Assembly (NCBI GenBank): GCA_021324775.1
Contig: JAJPIM010000023.1
Coordinates: 53,176-117,175 of the forward strand
Source: Gemmatimonadota bacterium
GTDB taxonomy: Bacteria; Gemmatimonadota; Gemmatimonadetes; Gemmatimonadales; Gemmatimonadaceae
Reading direction: 5' to 3'
DNA: 64,000 bases
In this document: positions 35,897 through 44,796 of the stretch, piece by piece
How the letters are laid out: every line of letters starts with the position of its first letter
Numbering within the stretch: the first letter of the stretch is position 1
The notes under the pieces: model-generated
Told to the model about the DNA's origin: nothing
Databases searched by the model: none
Seen by the model: the letters and a program-made list of their open reading frames with translations, nothing else
Position numbers and translations under genes: made by a program

Positions 35897-36736
35897 ATGA
35901 TCGCCGCCGCATGGGTGACGGACCCGCTCGCTCGCGAGCGACTCGCGGCCGCGATCACTGGGGAGCGCCGCCCGCGCCGGAGCAGACGTCCCGCCATTCT
36001 GTGGTGTGATTCCGGGCAAGACGTGATGGTCGCGGTCACCACCCGCGGGGCAAACGCTGTCATCATCGAACTCGCTGGCTTCGGCCCATCTGATCTCGCG
36101 TCCGCGACCGGCAGCGACATATCGCACATCGAGGAGGTGACGCGAGCGGTGCGCGGCCAGCACCCAGCCGTGCCGGTGCTCGTGTATGCGCCCCTCACCG
36201 CCGCGGCGTCGCGCGCCATTGTCACGCTGGCCCGCGCTGGCGTCGCCAACGTGATCATCGCCGGCCACGACGATCTCAATCACGCCGTCGGTCCGATCCT
36301 GGCCCGGGCGGCCTCGGCGTGTGCGGCGGAGGATGCGTACCGGATACTGTCCGCAGTCGCGTCGCCTGGAGTGGCAGCGATCCTGAACTACGGGCTGCGA
36401 TACGGAGCACGTGCCCCGACAGTCGCTGATGCGGCGGCCGCCCTGCATGTGCACCGGAAAACTCTGGCCGCGTGGTGCCACGCGGGCGGCGCGCCCTCAC
36501 CCCGTGTGCTCGTCACGTGGTGCCGTCTCATCATCGCTACGGAGCGACTCGCCGACGCACGCTGGCCCGCTGAGCGGGTCGCTCGCGTCCTCGGATTTGG
36601 GTCCGGGTCCGCGCTTGCCGGTTTGATCCGGCGCCACATAGGTCTTAGTCGCGCCGAACTCCGCGAGCGGGGCAGCAGCGTCGTCGTGGAGATGCTGGCT
36701 CGGAGGCTGGCCGATGGCCGTGAGCGGGTAACCTGA
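35897..36736 (+). CDS. pseudo-receiver + AraC-like HTH regulator (paralog B)
   Basis: Track ORF of 279 aa. N-terminal CheY-like layout lacking an obvious phospho-acceptor context. C-terminal HTH: TVADAAAALHVHRKTLAAW...ERVARVLGFGSGSALAGLIRRHIGLS. Confidence 0.7.
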   Translation: MIAAAWVTDPLARERLAAAITGERRPRRSRRPAILWCDSGQDVMVAVTTRGANAVIIELAGFGPSDLASATGSDISHIEEVTRAVRGQHPAVPVLVYAPLTAAASRAIVTLARAGVANVIIAGHDDLNHAVGPILARAASACAAEDAYRILSAVASPGVAAILNYGLRYGARAPTVADAAAALHVHRKTLAAWCHAGGAPSPRVLVTWCRLIIATERLADARWPAERVARVLGFGSGSALAGLIRRHIGLSRAELRERGSSVVVEMLARRLADGRERVT

Positions 36737-36821
36737 ACGGGCCGCTTTAGACAATCACCTCGCACTCGCAAGCCTCCGTGCCGAGCGGAGTGAGTTGTGC
36801 CGGGCCTGTTTCGCGAGGTGC

Positions 36822-37073
36822 CTATGGCCGCGGCTTGCGTCTGCGCGAAGGCCTAGGTGTGAGCAGGACACAACGCTCACGGGGCGCATCCGGCACATCG
36901 AGCGGCTGCGTGATCCACGCTCCCATGTCCGGGCGGTCATCGATCGGGGCGAACGCCGTGGTCCGCCTGACCGCGCGCGCGAGATCGGCCCAGCCCCATT
37001 CCTGTCCGGGCACCAGGACGCGCATTTCAGGATCCAGCTTCGACAGGATGTCCAGCAGGTGGCCGACAGTCAT
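36822..37073 (-). CDS. small hypothetical protein (83 aa)
   Basis: In-frame ATG 37073 in track ORF 36822..37226: MTVGHLLDILSKLDPEMRVLVPGQEWGWADL... I recognise no family. Palindromic operators lie upstream. Confidence 0.4.
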   Translation of the reverse strand: MTVGHLLDILSKLDPEMRVLVPGQEWGWADLARAVRRTTAFAPIDDRPDMGAWITQPLDVPDAPRERCVLLTPRPSRRRKPRP

Positions 37074-37164
37074 GGGGTAGGTGGGGGGCAAGAGACGACG
37101 CCGCCGCCACGCCGTTTCCCCCCGGGCTCTGCTGATTATGTCGCACGGTGGCCCATGGAGGGAG

Positions 37165-37190
37165 GCACTATAAATAGTGCTTTCGCGAAA
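37165..37190. promoter_or_regulatory. two adjacent perfect palindromes (GCACTAT-AA-ATAGTGC and TTTCGCGAAA): operator candidates
   Basis: The 37165..37180 inverted repeat is 7+2+7, and 37181..37190 is a 10-bp palindrome. Both sit in the divergent region between the small ORF (36822..37073) and the ECF sigma gene. Confidence 0.5.
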
Positions 37191-37454
37191 TTCGGCCGCG
37201 CATGCTATGCCTCCGGAGCTATCCACGGCGTGACTATCCGCACCTCACTTTTGCACCCGATCACGGATCCTCTGACGGCCCGCTGACGGCTGGCACCCAC
37301 TGTCTCACACATGCGGTTGGCCGGATAGCAGCGAGTGGGACGCTCGCGGCGTGCCCAAGCGACTGGCTCGGCGCTCTGGACGGCGCTGCCGAGTCTTGTG
37401 CTGGCGCGGGCGGCACGCGCGTGGGACGCGCTGGTGGCTGAATCGGCGCGGCGC

Positions 37455-38105
37455 GTGTCGGAGGACAAGGGAAAGCCTGCTGAGGAAGCCGACCGCACGC
37501 TGCTCAAGCGGCTTGCGGCCGGCGATGAAGAGGCGCTCGAGCGTCTCTTTCTTGCCCACGCCGGCGCACTGCACCGGGTAGCCTACCGGTACCTCCACTC
37601 ATCGTGGGCCGCGCGCGCCGTCGTGCAGGACGTGTTCACCGCCGTGTGGTGGCGGCGTACTACGCTTGCTGTGCGCGGACCGATCGGCGCGTATCTCACG
37701 GTGGCCGTCCGGAACCGTGCGCGCACCGTCCTGCGCGAAGAGTTGCGCCGCCGAGAGCGTGACGCACGGTGGGTCGAGGACAGCGGGAAGCCGGAGAGCG
37801 AGAACAGCAAGCGTGCCGCCGCGGCCGAAGAGGCGGGAGGAACCCGAGGGCGGATGGCCCCCGGCGATCTCGCGGACGCACGAGCCGCCGTGCAGGCCGC
37901 GCTCGCCGCACTCCCCGATCGCCAGCGCACCGTCTTCCGGCTGCGCGTCGAAGAACAGATGTCCAACGCCGAAGTGCGGGCCGCGATTGGTGCGGTCTCG
38001 GTCAAGGCGGTCGAACGGATATTCTCCCGCGCGGTTCGCGCCTTGCGCGCGCGGCTCCTGCCGCCGGACGGCGGCCGAAGCCAACCCAGGCGCCGCGGCC
38101 GGTAA
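37455..38105 (+). CDS. ECF (sigma-70 family) RNA polymerase sigma factor, FecI-like
   Basis: Track ORF 37335..38105. A GTG at 37455 gives a typical ECF length. Region 2: LLKRLAAGDEEALERLFLAHAGALHRVAYRYL. Region 4: LPDRQRTVFRLRVEEQMSNAEVRAAIGAVSVKAVERIFSRA. Confidence 0.8.
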   Translation: MSEDKGKPAEEADRTLLKRLAAGDEEALERLFLAHAGALHRVAYRYLHSSWAARAVVQDVFTAVWWRRTTLAVRGPIGAYLTVAVRNRARTVLREELRRRERDARWVEDSGKPESENSKRAAAAEEAGGTRGRMAPGDLADARAAVQAALAALPDRQRTVFRLRVEEQMSNAEVRAAIGAVSVKAVERIFSRAVRALRARLLPPDGGRSQPRRRGR

Positions 38106-38111
38106 GGCGCG

Positions 38112-39338
38112 ATGCCGACGCCTCCCGAGCGTGCTTCGATCCTCGCCGCGATTCGAGCGGGGGTTTTGGCCTTGCGGCGGCGTCTACATGTCGTGAGGTA
38201 CACACTCCGCCCGGCGCGCCCCTGGCGTTTTCCGGTCACCACTCGCCGTACGCAGGCAGACTCGGCCGGCGATCCGGGCGTTTTGCTGGAAGGCTATCTG
38301 GTGAGCGAGCTGGGTGCTGTGGAGCGGGAGCTGTTCGAGTCCTGGGTCGCGATGGACAGCGACCGAGGGCTGACCATCGAGGCGCTTCGCCATTCGTATG
38401 ACGAGCCGTATGACGAGCCGGATGCGGGGGAGTGGTGGGCCGAGTGCCGGAAGCGGATACGTATGCCCTGGAGCGGGCGGTTGGGTGACACGGTCGACCT
38501 CACGGTGACCGGCTCTGACCTTCGGATTGTCAGGCCGGTCATTGCGACTACCGGCCGGTGGCTGTCGCCCGGATGGTTCGGTCTCGCGGCGTCGATTCTG
38601 TGTGTTTCGCTGGGCGTTTGGGCTTTCCACTCCAGGAGAGACTCCGCGGCTAGCGCCATGCATCTCGCCGAACACTCGTACGCGACGGCCCGTGGCGAGC
38701 GTGCGGTGCTCACGCTCGGTGGCGCGACTGTGGTCCTGGGTCCGGAAAGTGTGCTTCGGATTTCGGGCAGCTACGGCGTCCGTGATCGCACGGTCTCGCT
38801 CACGGGGCACGCCTACTTCGATGTCGCTCATGATGCTGGCCATCCATTCCGGGTGTGGGCCGGTGGAGTTCTGGCTGAGGACATCGGCACACGGTTCGAT
38901 ATCCGTGCGTACGGGCGCGATTCGGTGATGCGGCTCGTGGTCGCGGACGGCGCGGTCGTGATGCACACCCGGCGTGTCCCGGCGGACGGATCGCACGACA
39001 GCGCAGTGCCGATCTCGTCGGTGGTCGTCACCCGCGGGATGATGGCGACGGCCGGTGTGGACGACGTCGTGCGGGTGCGGTCCGGGCTCGCCGCGGACCG
39101 CTATCTGTCCTGGAGTGATGGGCGGCTGGCGTTCGACGACACGCCGCTACCTGAGGTCGTGGCGGAGCTCAGCCGGTGGTACGACCTCGACATTCGGCTC
39201 GGCGATGCTCGGCTCGCATCGAGGACATTGACCGCGTCCTTCGACGACCCAGCCGCCGATGTGCTGGTGGCACTCGAAGGCGCACTCGGCATACGCGCAA
39301 CCCGTGTGGGGCGTGTCGTGACGCTGTATCCGCCCTGA
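38112..39338 (+). CDS. FecR-family anti-sigma / transmembrane sensor
   Basis: Track ORF of 408 aa. One TM segment (WFGLAASILCVSLGVWAF). FecR domain, and a C-terminal signature: LAFDDTPLPEVVAELSRWYDLDIRLGD...LTASFDD. It starts 6 nt after the sigma gene. Confidence 0.85.
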   Translation: MPTPPERASILAAIRAGVLALRRRLHVVRYTLRPARPWRFPVTTRRTQADSAGDPGVLLEGYLVSELGAVERELFESWVAMDSDRGLTIEALRHSYDEPYDEPDAGEWWAECRKRIRMPWSGRLGDTVDLTVTGSDLRIVRPVIATTGRWLSPGWFGLAASILCVSLGVWAFHSRRDSAASAMHLAEHSYATARGERAVLTLGGATVVLGPESVLRISGSYGVRDRTVSLTGHAYFDVAHDAGHPFRVWAGGVLAEDIGTRFDIRAYGRDSVMRLVVADGAVVMHTRRVPADGSHDSAVPISSVVVTRGMMATAGVDDVVRVRSGLAADRYLSWSDGRLAFDDTPLPEVVAELSRWYDLDIRLGDARLASRTLTASFDDPAADVLVALEGALGIRATRVGRVVTLYPP

Positions 39339-39429
39339 GATCCGTCCCGCGGGGATAGGCCGCGAGACCGTCTGCCCATCCGAAGTCTGTTTCTCACCGT
39401 GCAGCCATCCACGACCGTGGGGGGGAGCT

Positions 39430-42171
39430 ATGGATCGTCCTCGAGTCCGCCGAAGCACATCCGGTAACGTATGGCGAGTGCTGGTTTCGCTTGCCGCCAT
39501 GATGGTCGCCGTAAGCAGTGGTGCCGAGAATGCGGCGCCAGTGCCCGATCAAGTTCCGGCGTTCTACGCGGCGCCGGTGGATGCTGGCGGCAAGCTCCAG
39601 CGCCTCGACACGGCGCGAACCGCGATCCTCAGCCGGCGCATCACGATCGCTGTGCGTGATGCGACGATCCCGGAAGCACTGGCGGCGATCTCGGAGCAGT
39701 CGGGGCTGCGGTTTACCTACGACCATGCGGTATTGCCGGCCCGCACACGAGTGACGCTCTCCCGCCAATCAGTGACCGTCGCGGCGGCGCTGACCCACGT
39801 CCTGCGTGGCGCGAACGTGGACGTGGAGCTGACGCCAGACGGATTGGCGTCGGTTGTCGCACATCGTGCAGTTCAGGATAGCGGCGCGATCACGGGGCGC
39901 GTGACGGACAGCAAGACAGGGCAGGGGATCGCGCACGCCACGCTGCTGGTGGAGGGTATTGCGCGTGGCGCCACGACCGACGACAGCGGCGCATACCGGA
40001 TCGCGGACGTGGCACCAGGCACGTACACGCTTGGCGTGCGGTTCCTGGGGTACGTCGAGGCGCGGCGGACCGTGACGGTGGTCGCGGGCCAGTCGCTGGT
40101 GGTCAATGTGGCGCTCGTGCAATCAGTCAATCAGCTCGATCAGGTTGTCGTGGCCGGGACGGTTGTGCCGACCGAGGTCAAGGCAATTCCCACGCCGGTT
40201 TCGGTAATCACCGCGACCGACATCGATCTGCAACGGCCACAAACAGTCGCACAGCTCTTTCGGCAGGCAGTGCCGAGTGCGGTCGCATGGGATATTGCGA
40301 CGGATCCTCAGCAAACGAGCTTCGCCGTTCGCGGTGGCAGCACGCTCAATATCGGAGCTGGCTCGATGAAGGTGTACCTGGACGGCATCGAGGTCACCGA
40401 CCGTACGTTTGCTGCAGTCGACCCGGCAAGCATCGACCGGATCGAAGTAATTCGCGGCCCAGAAGCAGGGACGATCTACGGCTCCGACGCGATCTCTGGT
40501 GTCCTTCTGGTTACGACGCGACATGGCTCTCCCAACTCAACCCGTCCCGAGGTGAACCTCCAGGCAGCCGCCGGCGTGGTGCAAGGGCCGTATGCTGACC
40601 AGGGAGGAGGCAACGTGGCTCGGCAAGAGTACTCCGGGTCGGTCAATGGCGGCACACAGTCCGCCAGCTATTCTCTCGGCGGCGGCTATGCAAGCACCGG
40701 CAACTGGGTGGCCCAGGGTGCCACGTCAATCCCGAGTGGGTTCGGCAGTGTTCATATCGCGCAGGACCGTATCACGGTCGATATCACTGGCCGGGACTAC
40801 ATCCAGCAGGTGGGCGAGGCGTTTCCGCCGGACTTTGCGTCAACTGGCATTCCGACCTACACCAAGCCGACCAATCAGTTTCTGACTTCACAAGAGCAGA
40901 CGGTTGGCGCTAGCATCGGCTTCACGCCAGCCAGTTGGTGGCATCACTCGCTCACGATCGGAGTCGATCGCACTCTGAACGATCTCCGTTCGAGCGCTCC
41001 GGCTTTGACAACTCCCGCGGACACTTTTCTCACAGTCGACGAGCAGAACGAAAGCAGGCTGACCTTGGCGTACAACACGTCGGTTCTGCTACAGATCAAC
41101 AGGATGGTTTCAGCCAACGTGACGGCCGGCGTAGATCACTACGATCTCGGCAACGATTCGTATTTCACAAGCGGTGCGACCAACACCACAGGCACGATCG
41201 AGACCGATCCTGGCCAGCCGTTCACCGTCTCACGGGCACCGTTGACGAACACCGGCGTTTTTGTTCAGACGCAGGTGGGCGTGGCGGACCAATTGTTTTT
41301 CACGGCTGGAGTACGAGCGGAACAAAACTCGGCATTCGGGCAGCAGCTCGGGACACCGGTATCTCCTCGATTTGGGATTGCCTATGCCCCATCTCTTGGG
41401 TCGCTGACGCTGAAATTGAGGGCGTCGTACGGGCAAGCCATCCGGCCGCCCGATCCGGGCGAAGAGGAAGCGATCCTGACGCCGTCGACGCTCCAACTCG
41501 CCAATCCGCGGTTGAGTCCAGAGCGGCAGAGCGGTTGGGACACCGGGATAGATGCGGCGTTCGGCGGCCGCGGTTCGGTCGGGGTCACGTACTACGACCA
41601 AGTCGCCAGCGATCTGATTGATGGCGTGACAATCAACGCCGACACGAATCCTCAGGTCCAGCAATTCCAGAACCTCGGCCGGGTTCAAAACCGGGGTGTC
41701 GAGCTGGAAGGCACCGTGCGATTGGGGTTCGGCCAAATCGCCGCGCAATACGCCATCACGAGCAGCCGCGTCGAGTCGCTGGGCCCTTTGTACGGCGGCG
41801 ATCTCAAGGTGGGTGATCAACTGCTTGTCGTGCCGCAACATACTGGCGGCCTGTCGCTGGCGATGTTGCCGCTGCGCAGGACGACGGTCACGGTCGGACT
41901 ATCCTATGTGGGTACCTGGACGAACTACGACGTCCTCGCTGAACTGAGTTGCTTCGGCGGCACGGGACCCTGTGCGGCTACGTCCCGCGGATACATCCGG
42001 CCCTATCCGGGGTTTGCCAAGGCAAATCTGGCTGTTACGCAACAACTCACGTCTTTGGTCTCTGCATTCGTGACGGTAAAGAATGTCACCAACAACGACA
42101 CGTATGAATTCTTCAACGCTGAACCGATTCAGGGACGCGTAACGGTTGCGGGCGTCCGTGTCCGCTACTAA
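39430..42171 (+). CDS. TonB-dependent receptor/transducer with N-terminal STN signalling domain and CarboxypepD_reg domain
   Basis: Track ORF of 913 aa. Signal peptide. STN-like RITIAVRDATIPEALAAISEQSGLRFTYD. GRVTDSKTGQGIAHATLLVEG...GAYRIADVAPGTYTL. Plug (IDRIEVIRGPEAGTIYGSDAISGV), and a beta-barrel ending ...VRVRY. Confidence 0.85.
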   Translation: MDRPRVRRSTSGNVWRVLVSLAAMMVAVSSGAENAAPVPDQVPAFYAAPVDAGGKLQRLDTARTAILSRRITIAVRDATIPEALAAISEQSGLRFTYDHAVLPARTRVTLSRQSVTVAAALTHVLRGANVDVELTPDGLASVVAHRAVQDSGAITGRVTDSKTGQGIAHATLLVEGIARGATTDDSGAYRIADVAPGTYTLGVRFLGYVEARRTVTVVAGQSLVVNVALVQSVNQLDQVVVAGTVVPTEVKAIPTPVSVITATDIDLQRPQTVAQLFRQAVPSAVAWDIATDPQQTSFAVRGGSTLNIGAGSMKVYLDGIEVTDRTFAAVDPASIDRIEVIRGPEAGTIYGSDAISGVLLVTTRHGSPNSTRPEVNLQAAAGVVQGPYADQGGGNVARQEYSGSVNGGTQSASYSLGGGYASTGNWVAQGATSIPSGFGSVHIAQDRITVDITGRDYIQQVGEAFPPDFASTGIPTYTKPTNQFLTSQEQTVGASIGFTPASWWHHSLTIGVDRTLNDLRSSAPALTTPADTFLTVDEQNESRLTLAYNTSVLLQINRMVSANVTAGVDHYDLGNDSYFTSGATNTTGTIETDPGQPFTVSRAPLTNTGVFVQTQVGVADQLFFTAGVRAEQNSAFGQQLGTPVSPRFGIAYAPSLGSLTLKLRASYGQAIRPPDPGEEEAILTPSTLQLANPRLSPERQSGWDTGIDAAFGGRGSVGVTYYDQVASDLIDGVTINADTNPQVQQFQNLGRVQNRGVELEGTVRLGFGQIAAQYAITSSRVESLGPLYGGDLKVGDQLLVVPQHTGGLSLAMLPLRRTTVTVGLSYVGTWTNYDVLAELSCFGGTGPCAATSRGYIRPYPGFAKANLAVTQQLTSLVSAFVTVKNVTNNDTYEFFNAEPIQGRVTVAGVRVRY

Positions 42172-42186
42172 CCCCACACCGTCCAG

Positions 42187-44553
42187 ATGAACTTCACCGT
42201 GCGACCAATAGTGACATGGGGTGTCGCTGTGCTCGAGGCTCTCCTCGCCTCCAGCGGTGCACTCGCGCAGGCGTCCGATTCGTTATCCATCAGCGCCGCG
42301 CTATCTCAGCCCTTGTTCCTCGACTACATGCCAGTGTCGATGTCGCCCGACGGTCACGCGGTCGCCTATACGATCTGCTCCGTAGACCGCGTGAACAGCG
42401 ACACACTGATTGCCGGCTATACCCGAACGGGTGCTACGGGATCGGCGCGAGGCTGCGAGGTGTGGATCGCGGAGTTGAAGCGCAACGTGGCGGTTCGTCT
42501 CAATGACAGGCCAGGTGTGAACGCCTGGGCGCCTCAATGGTCGCCCGATGGAACGAGGGTCGCCTACTACTGTGATGCCAATGGTGTCGCGCGCCTGTGG
42601 ATCTGGGACGCGGCCGTCGGAACAAGTCATCCGGTTTCAGATGCGATCGTACGGCCTTACACGCCGCTCGAGGTCCCTCGGTGGACGCCGGACAGCCGCG
42701 ACGTGGTCACGCGGATCCTGCGGTATGGCACCACCCTGGATGCGACGAGAGGCAGCGAGCATCTCATCGGGATGTCCTGGGATACTGTGGGCCGAGTGCC
42801 TGGTTCGACGGTGGCCCTGTATCGAACTGACTCAACTTGGCGTACCCAGACTCGGCTCATACCCTCGACAGTAAGCCTATCCGAATCCTTCTATGCCGGT
42901 GACCTGGCGCTGATCCGCGTCGCCACGGGAAAGGTGACCGTGCTTGCGCACGGCTATAGGCCATTTGCGTACTGGGTATCGCCTGACGGCCGCTTTGTCG
43001 CATTTACTTCAATGCACGGTATAACGAATGCGACGGCCACCATCGCCGAGTACCGAGACGACTTGGTGGTGGTTCCACTCAACGACCGTGTGCCGCCTTC
43101 GCCGAGGCTGGTCGCAGACCGCGCAGTCATCTCGCCATATGGGACCGGGGTCGCCTGGTCGCCCCGGGGTAGCGCCCTCGCGTATGCGATCGCTGAGCCT
43201 GACGGAACTGAATCGTACAATATCCTTCACACAAACGACTGGAGCATCAAACACTATCTGGCGCCTGACAGCATCGGTCACAGGCTTAGAAGCCGGGACG
43301 GAGCTCAGCCGCTCCGATGGGATTCAGCCGGCCAAGTGCTGCTGATCGTATCCGACTCCACTGTGGCTCAACTCACCATTGATAGCAACTCGTTCCGCGT
43401 GGTGGCCCAGCCGCCCCGCGGGACGTCGATCGTCTCGTTCATCGGCCCGAGTACCGGCAATACGGCATGGGACGATGGCGGCAAAGGCCTTGTGGTTGTA
43501 TCTCGCAATGACTCGACCAAGCGGATGGGTTTTGCGAGGATCGACTGTCGCACCGGTGTGTGGACCCAGGTAACGGACGAGGAACAGTACATCGGGTCGA
43601 GACAATTCACCGCAAGCGACGTATCGGCCGATGGGCGGAGTCTCGTGTACGCATCAGAGGGAGCGGCGAGCCCCCGAGATCTATGGATTGCAGACACAAG
43701 CCTCGTCCACTCCAGGCGGCTGACCAATGTTGCTCCGTCGCTCGTCGGCAAATCTTTTGGCAAAACGCGGCTGGTCCATTGGAAAGCGGTCACCGGCGAG
43801 CCGGTCAGCGGTGCGCTGTTGTTGCCGTCCGATTATGTGCCCGGGCATCGGTATCCTTTGATCGTCTATCCATACCCGCGGGAGCACCGCTCCAACAATG
43901 TCTTCCGCTTCGGGCTTCAAGGGGAAGGCACTGAGAACATGCAACTGTTGGCGACGCGTGGGTTTGCGGTGCTGGCTCCTGACGCGCCAATCCGATTGAG
44001 CGATCAGATGCGGAGCTTGGCGGACGCTATCATGCCGGGTGTTGACCAGGTCATTGCCATGGGGATCGCTGACTCCGCACGCATTGGTCTGATCGGCCAT
44101 AGCTGGGGCGGTTACACGGTGTTGGCGCTGCTGGTACAAACTCACCGGTTCAGGGCCGCGATCATGAGGGGTGGATACGGCGATCTCTTTGCCGACTATG
44201 GCGAAATGCAAGGTACTGGCGCGACGTTCGGCCAGTTACGCCTCGAGTCGTGGCTGGGTACCACTCCGTGGAAGGACCTGGCGCGATACATCGACAACTC
44301 ACCCGTGTTCTTTCTCGACCGGGTGGATACGCCGCTACTGATCATCGAGGGTGGAGCGGAGACCACGGTTCCTCCGCACGAGGCGGCAGAGGTGTTCGTC
44401 GATCTGCGGCGGCTTGGGAAGGAGGTCGAGTACGCTCTCTACGGGGGCGAGAATCACGGAGAGATCGGATGGCGGTACGCGAATCAACAGGACTACCTGG
44501 CGCGGACGATTCAATGGTTCCAGAGATTTCTCGGAGACGCCGGGTCGAACTAG
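42187..44553 (+). CDS. secreted S9 (prolyl oligopeptidase family) serine peptidase; candidate lasso-peptide isopeptidase
   Basis: Track ORF of 788 aa. Signal peptide ...SSGALAQA. N-terminal beta-propeller-like repeats (WSPDG x several). C-terminal alpha/beta hydrolase with GHSWGGY. Sits 15 nt after the TonB receptor gene and is convergent with the lasso operon. Confidence 0.75.
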   Translation: MNFTVRPIVTWGVAVLEALLASSGALAQASDSLSISAALSQPLFLDYMPVSMSPDGHAVAYTICSVDRVNSDTLIAGYTRTGATGSARGCEVWIAELKRNVAVRLNDRPGVNAWAPQWSPDGTRVAYYCDANGVARLWIWDAAVGTSHPVSDAIVRPYTPLEVPRWTPDSRDVVTRILRYGTTLDATRGSEHLIGMSWDTVGRVPGSTVALYRTDSTWRTQTRLIPSTVSLSESFYAGDLALIRVATGKVTVLAHGYRPFAYWVSPDGRFVAFTSMHGITNATATIAEYRDDLVVVPLNDRVPPSPRLVADRAVISPYGTGVAWSPRGSALAYAIAEPDGTESYNILHTNDWSIKHYLAPDSIGHRLRSRDGAQPLRWDSAGQVLLIVSDSTVAQLTIDSNSFRVVAQPPRGTSIVSFIGPSTGNTAWDDGGKGLVVVSRNDSTKRMGFARIDCRTGVWTQVTDEEQYIGSRQFTASDVSADGRSLVYASEGAASPRDLWIADTSLVHSRRLTNVAPSLVGKSFGKTRLVHWKAVTGEPVSGALLLPSDYVPGHRYPLIVYPYPREHRSNNVFRFGLQGEGTENMQLLATRGFAVLAPDAPIRLSDQMRSLADAIMPGVDQVIAMGIADSARIGLIGHSWGGYTVLALLVQTHRFRAAIMRGGYGDLFADYGEMQGTGATFGQLRLESWLGTTPWKDLARYIDNSPVFFLDRVDTPLLIIEGGAETTVPPHEAAEVFVDLRRLGKEVEYALYGGENHGEIGWRYANQQDYLARTIQWFQRFLGDAGSN

Positions 44554-44626
44554 CCGATCAAGAACGCCGAGCCGACAGAGCCGGCGGAAGTCAAGAGCCA
44601 GTGGGGACTGAGGCCGCTCACGTCGG

Positions 44627-44770
44627 CTAGAGTTGGAACCCTACGCTGCCAGGTGCCATCCCCAAAAGGTGAATCCGGTCCACGGGATCTTTGGTGCCAG
44701 CAACAAACTGCTTCGTGGTCTCGACGAGACGGCCCGCGTTGGTGAGCTGCGGTGTGGTATAGCTCTTCAT
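44627..44770 (-). CDS. lasso peptide precursor (47 aa), not in the ORF track
   Basis: Own translation: MKSYTTPQLTNAGRLVETTKQFVAGTKDPVDRIHLLGMAPGSVGFQL*. AGGAGA/GGAGAT lies 4 nt upstream of the ATG, which is 26 nt downstream of the cyclase stop. The leader fits YxxPxLxxxGxxxxxTx. Confidence 0.8.
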   Translation of the reverse strand: MKSYTTPQLTNAGRLVETTKQFVAGTKDPVDRIHLLGMAPGSVGFQL

Positions 44771-44796
44771 TGTTATCTCCTGGACTGTGTGTCCGG

